Both the position numbers and the translations under genes were made by a program. A DNA stretch of 18,785 bases, taken from NCBI GenBank assembly GCA_050309605.1, contig JBNRMN010000014.1, positions 1 to 18,785 of the forward strand, in the 5' to 3' direction. Below, in pieces: positions 6,715 to 16,200 of the stretch. Positions within the stretch are counted from its first letter, which is position 1; every line of letters begins with the position of its first letter. Origin of the DNA: Anaerohalosphaeraceae bacterium. Its GTDB lineage: Bacteria; Planctomycetota; Phycisphaerae; Sedimentisphaerales; Anaerohalosphaeraceae. The notes beneath the pieces are model-generated. The model worked only from the letters and a program-made list of their open reading frames with translations, was not told where the DNA came from and searched no databases.

Positions 6715-8136
6715 TTATTGCTTGGGGGTCAAACGTAAAATGGTGTGGGGCAGGTTCAGCACGACATAGAGTGCACCGTCCGGCCCGACGGTGATATCGC
6801 GTACGCGGCCGGCGTTTTTCAGGATGACCTGGTCGTGCAAGATGCGATTTTCTTTGACGTCCAGCAGCCGAACTTCCTCATATCGCAGGGCCGTGATCAG
6901 CAGGCGGTTTTGCCATTTGGCAAACAGCCGACCGGTATAAAAGTCCATACTGCATATTGCAATGGACGGCGTATAGTAAAAAATCGGCTGCTGCATCCCC
7001 GGTTTTTCCACAAATTCGGTAATCAGCGAACCGTTATAATTACGGCCATAGGTGATAACCGGCCAGCCGTAATTGTTGCCGGCCTGAATCAAATTGATCT
7101 CATCGCCGCCCAGCGGCCCGTGATCGGTGGCCCAGAGCCGGTCGGTCTGCGGGCAGATCGCCAGCCCCTGCGGATTGCGAACTCCCAGGGCGTAAATCGT
7201 CGGCAGGGCGTCATCGTGGTCAATGAAGGGGTTATCCGGCGGGCAGGTTCCGTCGGGGCGAATCCGATGGATTTTACCGTTCGGACGCCGCAGGTCCTGT
7301 GCCTGATCCTGCATGCCGCGGTCGCCGATGCCGACGTATAAATACCCTTTTTTGTCAAAGACGATGCGGCAGCCGTAATGATGGCGCGTCGGCAGGTAGG
7401 TGTCGTGCGGGGCCTCGTAGAGCACCTGCTGATCCGTCCAGGTGTGGTTTTTGATTCGGCCGCGGACAATGCGGGTCATCGCGTTCGGCCGCTGTCCGGC
7501 AGAGGCCGGCAGGGCATGGCTGTAGGACAGGTAAATCCAGCCATTATCGGCATAGTGTGGGTCGATAGCAACATCAAGCAGCCCGCCCTGTCCTTCATCC
7601 AGAACCGCCGGGGTGTTTTGGATCGGCTCGGTGTTCAGCGTGCCGCTTTTGACCACCCGAAGGCGTCCCGGCCGTTCGGTGACCAGGGCGGTTGAGGCGT
7701 CCAGAAATTGGATGCTCCAGGGCATTTCCAGTCCTTCGACCCATGTCTCGACGGTGATGGTATAATCCAGCGAATAGGTCTCCTTTGGAATCGGCGGACG
7801 AGACACTTGTGCCTGGCCCTGAGCGTCCAGGATAAAATCAACCAGTTGACGGATCTGCTGATCGGTCAGGGTTTCATCGTAGCCCGGCATTCCCAGATGC
7901 GGCAGGCCGAATTTGATGTTGCTGTGGATGTAATTGCGTCCCTGGCCGAATTGCCAGACGCCGTTGACCAGGCTCTGAGCCATACCGCCCTGTAAGTCGG
8001 CCCCGTGGCACGTGGCGCAATGCTGTCGGTACAGTTGTCCGCCGGGCGAATCGTCCACTGCACGCAGCGGCAAAAGAACCCAAAGAAGTACGACCGGCAA
8101 TATCCCCATGACGCAGAGGCGCTTTAGTTTTCTCAT
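6715..8136 (-). CDS. PQQ-dependent (soluble GDH-B/YliI-type) sugar dehydrogenase with N-terminal c-type cytochrome domain
   Basis: Signal peptide, CATCH heme motif and MPGY Met ligand, then GSDH propeller motifs GLEMPWS, TERPGRL, GQGGLLDV, HYGCRIVF, GVRNPQG, HGPLGGDEIN, NYGWP, GRVRDI. Start set at ATG 8136 (AAAGGCAGG upstream and promoter position). Confidence 0.92.
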   Translation of the reverse strand: MRKLKRLCVMGILPVVLLWVLLPLRAVDDSPGGQLYRQHCATCHGADLQGGMAQSLVNGVWQFGQGRNYIHSNIKFGLPHLGMPGYDETLTDQQIRQLVDFILDAQGQAQVSRPPIPKETYSLDYTITVETWVEGLEMPWSIQFLDASTALVTERPGRLRVVKSGTLNTEPIQNTPAVLDEGQGGLLDVAIDPHYADNGWIYLSYSHALPASAGQRPNAMTRIVRGRIKNHTWTDQQVLYEAPHDTYLPTRHHYGCRIVFDKKGYLYVGIGDRGMQDQAQDLRRPNGKIHRIRPDGTCPPDNPFIDHDDALPTIYALGVRNPQGLAICPQTDRLWATDHGPLGGDEINLIQAGNNYGWPVITYGRNYNGSLITEFVEKPGMQQPIFYYTPSIAICSMDFYTGRLFAKWQNRLLITALRYEEVRLLDVKENRILHDQVILKNAGRVRDITVGPDGALYVVLNLPHTILRLTPKQ

Positions 8137-8167
8137 CCTGACCTGCCTTTCGTGTCGTTGATGGTTC

Positions 8168-8196
8168 AGTATAATGCGTTCTGAGTGTGCGGTCAA
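8168..8196 (-). promoter_or_regulatory. Candidate sigma70 promoter of the dehydrogenase gene
   Basis: Minus strand TTGACC-17 nt-TATACT; the -35 overlaps the DeoR stop codon. Confidence 0.6.
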
Positions 8197-8963
8197 CCGT
8201 CCTCATAGATCAGTTGAATTTCTTTTTCGGCGCAGAGGTCGGCCCATTCCCGGCCCGGGTCGGCGTTGGTGACGATCACGTCCAGCTCGTCCAGGTCGGC
8301 GATTTTGTAGAGGGCGGGATTGTCGAATTTGCTGCGGTCGCCGACAAACACAATCCGCGAGGCGCGCCGCAAGACCGTTTTGGTAAAACTGACGGTGGCG
8401 ACATCGGCGCCGCTGATGCCTGAGTCCAGAGAGATGTCATCTGCGCCGGTAAATGCGGTAAACCCCGAAAGTTGCGAGATGGCCAATTCAGCGGCCGGGC
8501 CGATCATATCCATGCGGTCCTGTCGATACTGGCCGCCCAGGATGATGATTTTATGCTGCACCTGCTCATGCAGACGGCTCATCAGGTGCAGTGAGTTGAC
8601 AATCACGGTCAGGTCTTTTTTGTGCGCCAGATGGGGGATGATTTCATAACAAGTTGAGCCGGCTTCCAGATAGACATTATCGCCGTCATGGATTAAATCC
8701 GCGGCCAAACGTCCGATGATTCGCTTGGCGGTCAAATTGCGGGTCTGGCGATACCGCACCGAGACGTTCATCTCCGAGGCCCCCAACACCGCGCCGCCGT
8801 AGGTCTTTTTGAGCAATCCGTTTTGTGCCAGATACGTCAGATCCCGCCGAATGGTCACTTCGGTAACTCCCAGCTCCCGGGCAATTTCGGTGACCAGGAT
8901 CCGGCCTTTGGATCGGATATGATCCAGAATCGTTTGATGCCGCTGCTGTGCTAAAAGACCCAT
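8193..8963 (-). CDS. DeoR/GlpR-family transcriptional regulator
   Basis: HTH ELGVTEVTIRRDL..L...GLLKKTYGGA; C-terminal sugar-phosphate sensor domain (K..IGRLAA, LEAGST, LGGQYR, DRSKF). Start at ATG 8963 with GGAGG SD. Confidence 0.95.
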   Translation of the reverse strand: MGLLAQQRHQTILDHIRSKGRILVTEIARELGVTEVTIRRDLTYLAQNGLLKKTYGGAVLGASEMNVSVRYRQTRNLTAKRIIGRLAADLIHDGDNVYLEAGSTCYEIIPHLAHKKDLTVIVNSLHLMSRLHEQVQHKIIILGGQYRQDRMDMIGPAAELAISQLSGFTAFTGADDISLDSGISGADVATVSFTKTVLRRASRIVFVGDRSKFDNPALYKIADLDELDVIVTNADPGREWADLCAEKEIQLIYEDG

Positions 8964-9062
8964 CGAAAGACCTCCGTAATGTCGGGAATAACTCATTGGA
9001 ACGTGGGCGATCAAATTATTGAAAAGGGTAACGAGACATCAGGCCGAATGCAAATAAAAAAG

Positions 9063-9131
9063 TTCGATTCTTTTCGATTGTTAATTATTATGATTACATA
9101 TTGCGTTTTTTGGTATCGTTTTTGTTTGATT
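9063..9131. promoter_or_regulatory. Candidate DeoR operator direct repeats in the divergent intergenic region
   Basis: TTCGATT at 9063 and 9073 (10-bp period), with degenerate copies (ATGATT, TGCGTTT, ATCGTTT, TTTGATT) up to the E1 -35. Confidence 0.45.
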
Positions 9132-9154
9132 TTGGCTTTCTTGGATGTTACACT
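9126..9154 (+). promoter_or_regulatory. Candidate sigma70 promoter of the E1/E2 operon
   Basis: TTGATT-17 nt-TACACT with extended -10 TG at 9146-9147. Confidence 0.55.
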
Positions 9155-9250
9155 ATGCCCTTCATGGGTCATCGTCCGACCGATGTGCGAACTGCTAAGA
9201 ATAACAGAAAATGATATCTTTTTTATTGCCGAGAGGCAGGAGTTTTGAGC

Positions 9251-11488
9251 ATGGCCTTTTCACTTGAAGATCGCCGACAGAAGACGTCCCCACAAATCAC
9301 CGAGTTGATCAACAAGAATCTCATCACAAAAGAGCAGGCTTTGGGCTGGCTTCGCAGTATCTATGAGATCCGCTTTTTTGAAGACAAGGTCTATGATTTG
9401 TTAGGACAAAATGTCATCAAGGGGGCTTCGCATTTGTATGCCGGCCAGGAAGCGGTGGCGGTCGGTGCCTGCTCGGCCATCGAAAAGGGCGATGTTATTG
9501 GTTCGACCCATCGGGGCCACGGGCATTGCGGGGCGATTGGCAACAAATATGCCGAGACTGAAGAATTGCGCCAAATGCACTGGAACCGGATGATGGCCGA
9601 GTTGATGGGCAAGGAAACCGGCTACTGCAACGGTCGCGGCGGATCGATGCACATTGCCGATGTCAAGCACGGCAACCTCGGCTCGACCGGTATCGTCGGC
9701 GGCAATATTCCCAATGCCGTCGGAGCGGCGCTGGCCGAAAAGTACAAGAAAACCGGGGCGGTCGTCTTGTCATTTTTCGGCGACGGTGCGACCAATACCG
9801 GCGCCTTTCACGAGTCGATGAATATGGCCTCGGTGCAGGGCGCCCCGCTGGTGGCGATTATTGAAAACAATCTGTACGGGATGAGCGTGCCGTTTTCAGG
9901 CAGCCCCGTCGAAGGGGCCGGCTGTGCAGCCAATGTCGAGCATATCGCCGAGCGCGCCGCGGCTTACGGCGTGCCGGGGATGATCGTCGATGGGCAGGAT
10001 ACGGCGGCCGTTTTTCTGGCGGTCAAAGATGCCGTGGAACACGCCCGCAAACACACCGAAATGACAATCATTGAATGCAAAACCTATCGCTGGTACGGCC
10101 ACAGCCGCTCCGACCCGCGGGTCTATCGCACCAAGGAAGAAGAAAAGGCCTGGAAAGACCGCGACCCGATTAACGTGCTCAGCAAAAAGCTGCTCGATGA
10201 GAAACTGGCTTCGCAGGAGCAGCTGGACGCCATTCGTGCCCGTGCTGAAAAGACGATTGAGGACGCCACGCAGTTCGCGCTGGACAGCCCCTGGCCGAAG
10301 CCCGAAGAGCTGACCAAAGACGTCTATGTGCAAGAATCCTATCCCGATGAGATTGTGGCAAAGGACAGGGACAACGCCAAAAAGGCCCTGACGGCTACAC
10401 GGGCTTATGAATCGCTGATCAAAACCCTTCAGGGCAAAACCAAAAAAGAGATTTCCGAAAAAGCCAAAGAACAAATCAAGGCCGACTACGGGATGACCGT
10501 GCTGGCGATGAAAGACGCGATTGTTCAGGCTCAGGCCGAAGAGATGCGGCGCGACTCGGATGTTTATATTGAAGGCGAAGACGTGGGGATTTACGGCGGG
10601 GCGTACGGCGCGACCAAGGGACTGCTCCACGAGTTCGGCAAAGAGCGCGTCATTGACACGGCGATTTCCGAGGCGGCGATTGTCGGCTCGGCCGTCGGCG
10701 CCGCGCTGCGGGGACTGCGTCCGATAGCCGAGATTATGTATGTCGATTTTATGCCGATCTGTCTGGATCAGTTGATGCACAACGGTGCGTTTAATCGTTA
10801 TATGTTCGGCGGACACGCCAAGGTGCCGATGGTCGTGCGAACCGAAGGCGGCGTCGGCCGCTGCATCGCCGCGCATCACTCCAAGTCGCTGGAGCCGTGG
10901 CTGGTCAATGTGCCCGGCCTGTACGTGGTGATGCCCTCGACCCCGTATGACGCCAAGGGACTGCTCAAGGCCGCGATTCGCAGCGACAATCCCGTGGTCT
11001 TTATCGAACACAAGGCCACCTACGGCCAGATGGGCGCAGCGCCGACGGACGATTATATCATCCCGCTGGGCGTGGCCGATATTAAACGCGAAGGCAAAGA
11101 CGTTACACTGGTCAGCTACAGCCGACAGGTGATGTTCTGTCTGGCCGCGGCCGATGAGCTGGCCGAGCGGCACGGGATCCTGGCCGAAGTGATTGACCTG
11201 CGCACGATCAAGCCGATGGATATCCGAACGGTCGCCGAGTCGGTGCGCAAAACCGGTCGGCTGGTCACCGTGGCCGAAAGTTTCTGTATGTGCGGCACCG
11301 GCCCGGAAATCGTCCGGCAGTTGCTCGGCTATACCTTTGAAAACGGGCGAACCGGTTTTGATTATCTGGACGCGGCGCCGGTCAACATGGCCGCTGCGGA
11401 TGTGCCGCCGCCGATGAGCGAGCCGCTGGAAAACGCCAGCATCCCTACGCCGGATAAAATTGTTGCAACGGTCAAAGCATTGCTGTAG
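9251..11488 (+). CDS. Fused E1 alpha/beta subunit of a TPP-dependent 2-oxoacid/acetoin-type dehydrogenase complex
   Basis: Alpha: HLYAGQEA, THRGHGH, GRGGSMH, GDGATN...ENN, TYRWYGHS.SD; beta: GEDVG.YGG, DTAISE, AEIMYVDF, DNPVVFIEHK, VIDLRTIKP. SD AGGAG before ATG 9251. Confidence 0.93.
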   Translation: MAFSLEDRRQKTSPQITELINKNLITKEQALGWLRSIYEIRFFEDKVYDLLGQNVIKGASHLYAGQEAVAVGACSAIEKGDVIGSTHRGHGHCGAIGNKYAETEELRQMHWNRMMAELMGKETGYCNGRGGSMHIADVKHGNLGSTGIVGGNIPNAVGAALAEKYKKTGAVVLSFFGDGATNTGAFHESMNMASVQGAPLVAIIENNLYGMSVPFSGSPVEGAGCAANVEHIAERAAAYGVPGMIVDGQDTAAVFLAVKDAVEHARKHTEMTIIECKTYRWYGHSRSDPRVYRTKEEEKAWKDRDPINVLSKKLLDEKLASQEQLDAIRARAEKTIEDATQFALDSPWPKPEELTKDVYVQESYPDEIVAKDRDNAKKALTATRAYESLIKTLQGKTKKEISEKAKEQIKADYGMTVLAMKDAIVQAQAEEMRRDSDVYIEGEDVGIYGGAYGATKGLLHEFGKERVIDTAISEAAIVGSAVGAALRGLRPIAEIMYVDFMPICLDQLMHNGAFNRYMFGGHAKVPMVVRTEGGVGRCIAAHHSKSLEPWLVNVPGLYVVMPSTPYDAKGLLKAAIRSDNPVVFIEHKATYGQMGAAPTDDYIIPLGVADIKREGKDVTLVSYSRQVMFCLAAADELAERHGILAEVIDLRTIKPMDIRTVAESVRKTGRLVTVAESFCMCGTGPEIVRQLLGYTFENGRTGFDYLDAAPVNMAAADVPPPMSEPLENASIPTPDKIVATVKALL

Positions 11489-11556
11489 AAAAGCGGCCAG
11501 GCGTTTTTTGAATCTGCAAATAGACGGAACCGACGACAAACAGGAGTCATAAACCG

Positions 11557-13206
11557 ATGGCAAGGGAAGTGAAACTGCCCCAACTCGGCCAGACGATGGA
11601 AGAAGGCACCATTGTCAATACGCTGGTCAAACCGGGCGATCAGGTCAGCAAAGGCGATGTGCTGTTTGAGGTTGAGACCGACAAAGCGACGCTGGAAGTC
11701 GAGTCGCCTGCGGATGGTTTTGTCAAGGCCATTCTCGTGGAAAACGGCCAGACGCTGCCGGTCAATGCGCCGATTTTGATTTTGGGCGAGAAAAACGAAA
11801 CGGTCGATGCGGGCGTCTATAAGACAGAGATCCTGGCCTCCGAGCCTGTCAAACACAGCGCCGCCGAACCGGCGCCCGAGCACCGCGAGCCGGCGCCCGC
11901 CTCGCCGCCGCCGTCTCAGCCGATCGCCGAGGCCGGTCCGACGACTCAGGTGGTGCGGATGCCCAAGCTGGGCCAGACGATGGAAGAAGGCACTATCGTC
12001 AATACACTGGTCAATGTCGGCGATGAAGTGAAAAAAGGCGATGTCCTGTTTGAAGTTGAGACCGACAAGGCCACGCTCGAAGCCGAAGCGCCCGCCGACG
12101 GCTGCGTTAAGGCGATTCTGGTCGAGGTCGGCCAGACCGTCCCGGTCAACGAGCCGCTTATGGTGCTGGCTGATCGGGACGAAAACGTGCCGCAAAGTTA
12201 TCTTGATGCGCTGATGCACGAAGGGACCGCTCCGGCTGAAACCGTGCCCGACCATGTGACCGCCGCCCAGCACGCCGCCGCAGCGCCGGAAACGATGACG
12301 CCTCAGCCGGCCGGTCCGGCCGTCGCGCAGACGGGTCCTGTCGATCGACTCTTTGCCACGCCGCGCGCACGCATGATTGCGCAGGAGCTGGGAATCGATC
12401 TTCGCGAAATCACGCCGGCCAATGCACTGCGGATTGTCGAGGCCGATGTGCGCCGTGCCGCACAGACCGCCGAGAAGAAAACCAAAGATCGAGACGCCAT
12501 TCCCGCCGTATCGCCGACATACACCTTTGGTCAAAAAATCCCCCTCAATCGGCTTCAGCGGATTGTCGCCGAGAAAATGCTCTGGTCCAAACAGCATATC
12601 CCGTGTTTTTATCTGACGATTCGCGCGGATGTGACCGCATTGGTTGCGCTTCGTGCCAAGCTGAACAAAACGTCCTCCGTCAAGCTGTCGTTTAATGATT
12701 TTATCCTGCGTGCGCTGGCGGCGGGAATGCAGCATTATCCGATTATGACCGGCCAACTGGACGGCGATCATATTCAGTTGGCCGCGTCGCTGGATTTCGG
12801 GCTGGCGATTTCAACCGACCAGGGACTGATCGCGCCGATCGTGCGCGACTGCGGGGCCAGGAGCGTCTATGACATCGCCGTGTATTGCAAAGATCTGATC
12901 GAACGCACACGTGCCGGCAAGCTCACGCTGGACGATCTGGAAGGCGGCTGCATCACCGTCAGCAATCTCGGCGGGTTCGGCATTGAGGCGTTCATTCCCA
13001 TCGTCGTGCCCGGTCAGACGAGCATCCTCGGCGTCGGCGCGATTACCGATACGGTCGTGCCTTCCGACGGCAACCTGCTCGTCCGCAAGCTGATGACGCT
13101 GACGTTGTCGGTGGATCACAAAGTCGTCAACGGCGCCGAGGCGGCCCAGTTTCTCGACTTTGTCAAAAAGCACCTTGAACACCCCGATACGCTGGTTGAA
13201 TCGTGA
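11557..13206 (+). CDS. Dihydrolipoamide acyltransferase (E2) with two lipoyl domains
   Basis: Two VETDKAT lipoyl motifs, Pro/Ala linkers, subunit-binding ATPRAR.IA, catalytic TVSNLG and LSVDHKVVNG; SD AGGAG. Confidence 0.95.
   Translation: MAREVKLPQLGQTMEEGTIVNTLVKPGDQVSKGDVLFEVETDKATLEVESPADGFVKAILVENGQTLPVNAPILILGEKNETVDAGVYKTEILASEPVKHSAAEPAPEHREPAPASPPPSQPIAEAGPTTQVVRMPKLGQTMEEGTIVNTLVNVGDEVKKGDVLFEVETDKATLEAEAPADGCVKAILVEVGQTVPVNEPLMVLADRDENVPQSYLDALMHEGTAPAETVPDHVTAAQHAAAAPETMTPQPAGPAVAQTGPVDRLFATPRARMIAQELGIDLREITPANALRIVEADVRRAAQTAEKKTKDRDAIPAVSPTYTFGQKIPLNRLQRIVAEKMLWSKQHIPCFYLTIRADVTALVALRAKLNKTSSVKLSFNDFILRALAAGMQHYPIMTGQLDGDHIQLAASLDFGLAISTDQGLIAPIVRDCGARSVYDIAVYCKDLIERTRAGKLTLDDLEGGCITVSNLGGFGIEAFIPIVVPGQTSILGVGAITDTVVPSDGNLLVRKLMTLTLSVDHKVVNGAEAAQFLDFVKKHLEHPDTLVES
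11575..12175 (+). repeat. Intragenic duplication of the lipoyl domain (~11575-11790 and ~11959-12175)
   Basis: Near-identical DNA (e.g. GGCCAGACGATGGAAGAAGGCAC; AAAGGCGATGT.CTGTTTGA.GTTGAGACCGACAA) at a 384-nt offset. Confidence 0.85.
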
Positions 13207-13215
13207 ATTCCAAAT

Positions 13216-16200
13216 TCACAATTTCAGGTTCTCCATAATGTCCTTCAAGGCGTCAAATCGCCTGGCCAACTCCGCGACCCGATCATCGGCATGGTCCAGG
13301 GCGTTGTGTTTGCAGGCGTGTTCAATCTCGGCGGCCAGCTCGCGCAGAACCTCGCCGCCGACGCTGGCGGCGGCGCCTTTGATGGTGTGGGCGATTCGCT
13401 CGGCCGTTTCGATGTCGGTGTCCTGAAGCGACTGTTTGAGCGATTCGATCTGAGCCGGGATATCACAAAGGAACACCTCAATGACCGTCTTGGCCATCTC
13501 TGCATCCCCCATTAGACGATCCAGAAAACCTTCCCGGTCAAATACCGGTGTGCCGGTGTCTGCCGCCGTATCGGAATGTGGCGCGGCGGCGTGTATATCG
13601 GAATTCGGCTTGTCTGATTTCGGCAGCCATTGAGACAGAGTATCAGCCAGTCCGCGAGGCGTAACGGGCTTTGAAATATAGTCGTTCATCCCGGCCTCGA
13701 TACAGCGCTGCCGGTCGCCCTGCATCGCGTGAGCGGTCATCGCGATAATGGGAATCTCGTGGCAGCGCACGGCGGAGGCGGGATTTCGAATGATCCGGGT
13801 CGCCTCCAGGCCGTCCATCTCCGGCATCTGGACATCCATCAGCACCAGATCATAGGGAATATCCTCAAGCGCCTTGACGGCTTCTGCGCCGTTGGCGACG
13901 GCGTCGGCGTGCAGCCCCATCCTGCGGAGAATGCTCAGCGCCACTTGTTGGTTGGTTGTGTTGTCTTCAGCCAGCAGGATGCGCGCAGAACCCGGCTCAA
14001 GCGAGAGGCTCAAATCCGCTTTGGGTTTCGGTTCGACTGAGACGGTATGCCCCGTCAGCGCCGCCTTCAACCGCGTAAATAACTCCGAAGGACGAATGGG
14101 TTTGTTCAAACATGCCGCAAAACGCAGCCGGTCCATCTCGTCGCGGCTGGCGGGTTCTCCCAATGACGACATCATAATTAAATGAACCGAATCGAATCGA
14201 TGGTCGCGACGGATGGCCTCGCCCAGCATCAGGCCGTCCATTTCGGGCATCTGCATATCGGTGATGACCGCGTCATACGGCTTGTGCTGCGAACAGGCCT
14301 GCGCCAGCATTTCCAGCGCCGTCGCTGCGTCGGGCACTTCGTCGGTCTGCATTGCCCAGGATTTCAAACGCAACGCCAGGATTTGACGATTGGTTGCGTT
14401 GTCATCGACGATCAGGATTCGTTTGCCTTTCAGATCGGTCTGCGGACACGGCGGTTTATCGGATTCGGGACGCAGCCCCAGACGAACGGTAAACCAGAAT
14501 TCCGAGCCGCGTCCTTCTTCGCTGTTGACACCAATTTGGCCCCCCATCAATTCAGCCAGTTGCCTGGATATGGCCAGTCCCAGTCCCGTTCCGCCGTATT
14601 TGCGCGTGGTCGAGGCGTCCACCTGCATAAACTTCTCAAACAAATGATCCATTTTGTCGGCGGGAATACCGATGCCTGTATCCCGAATTGAAAACCGCAG
14701 GGTGATATGGTTTTCGGTTTTGGTCTCCGTTCGGACATGAACCGCGATCTCGCCTTCATCGGTAAACTTGACGGCGTTGCCGACCAGGTTGGTCAGAATT
14801 TGACGCAGCCGGCCCGGATCGCCTTTCAGATAAGACGGAACATCCGGATCGGCCGCACAGATAAACTCCAGGTTCTTCTGATGTGCTCGAATGGCCATCG
14901 TCCCTGCGAAATCTTCCAGCACATCGCGAATGTCAAAATCCAAATCTTCCAGCTCAAGTTTGCCGGCGTCAATTTTGGAATAATCAAGAATATCATTGAT
15001 CAGCGCCAGCAGCGATTCGCCGCAGCTTTTGATAATTTCGGCAAATTCCCGCTGTTCGGCGTTCAAGTCTGAATCCAAAAGCAGCCCCGTCATCCCGATC
15101 ACGCCGTTCATTGGCGTGCGAATCTCATGGCTCATATTGGCCAGAAACTGACTTTTGGCGGCGTTGGCCGCTTCGGCCTCGGCGGCCAGCCGGTTGGCGT
15201 ATTGGGTCTGTTCTTCAAGATGGCGGTTGAGTTTTTCAGATTCACGCAGGGCGGTTTCAAGCCGCTGTTCGGCGTTTTTGAGATCGGTGATGTCAATGAA
15301 GGTCTCCAGCAGGACATCTTTGCCTTCCAGATTGATTTCGATGGCCGTCTTGAGGATCGGAAAGGTACGGCCGTCTCGGCAGCGAAACACGCGCTCCGAA
15401 TTGTCCAGGGTCTGCCCTTTGTCAAGAATGGGACATTCGTGATCCGCTGCCGGACACAGAAACGTACCGCAGGGTTTGCCGCGGATTTCATCCAGACGAT
15501 TGACTTTGGCGAATTCACAAACGGCCTTATTGGCCCAGAGAATGGTTCGTGTCTTGTCGATAATCGCCACGCCGAACGGCGCCGAGTCCAGAATGGTTTT
15601 CAGGTTTTCATGCGCTGAGGCCAGCGCCGCCTCGGCCCGTTTGCGGTCGGAAATGTCCCGACAAATACAAAAGACCAGATTCTGCCCCCCGCAATGGGCC
15701 ATATAACTGCTGATATCTACATCATAACAGGTGCCGTCTTTGCGGAGATGCCGCGTCTCAAAATTTAGCCCGTCAACGGTGGTATTCCGCACCATCTCTT
15801 GCAGGGTAGCTTTTGACCATTGAGCGTCCCAGTCCCACAGCCCCAATTCAAGGACTTCCTCGGGCGTGTATCCCAGCATATCGGCGAAACGTTTGTTGGC
15901 CTCATACACTCTGCCTTCCATATCCAGCACGACAATCCCGTCCGGCGACTGCTCAAACAGGATACGCCGTCGAACGGCCTCGTCGGCCAGCACCGCCTCG
16001 GCCTGCTTGCGTGCGGTAATATCGGTGATAAACCCTTCCAGCGCAATCACCTCGCCGCTGTCGGAAAAGACGCCGTGTCCCTGTTCCCAGACCCATTTGA
16101 TCTGTCCGTCTTTGGTGCAAATCTGATATTCCTCGGTAAATTTTTCCCGCTTGGCCAGCAGTTCCTGCCATTTATCCCAAAGCCGCTGCCGATCCTCCGG

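Noticed and set aside
8137..9250. Extended starts at 8196, 9014 and 9245, and ORF 8979..9248
   Set aside because: SD and promoter positions favour 8136, 8963 and 9251; the 89-aa ORF spans the divergent promoter region and is not protein-like.
11489..11510. Possible terminator between E1 and E2
   Set aside because: Stem too weak despite the T run.
9896..12771. Long antisense ORFs (555 aa and 469 aa) opposite E1/E2
   Set aside because: Shadow frames of strongly biased GC-rich genes; no motifs, and they fully overlap well-supported genes.
13203..13219. Hairpin GTGAATT-CCA-AATTCAC containing both convergent stop codons
   Set aside because: Short AT-rich stem without a U-tract; may be chance.
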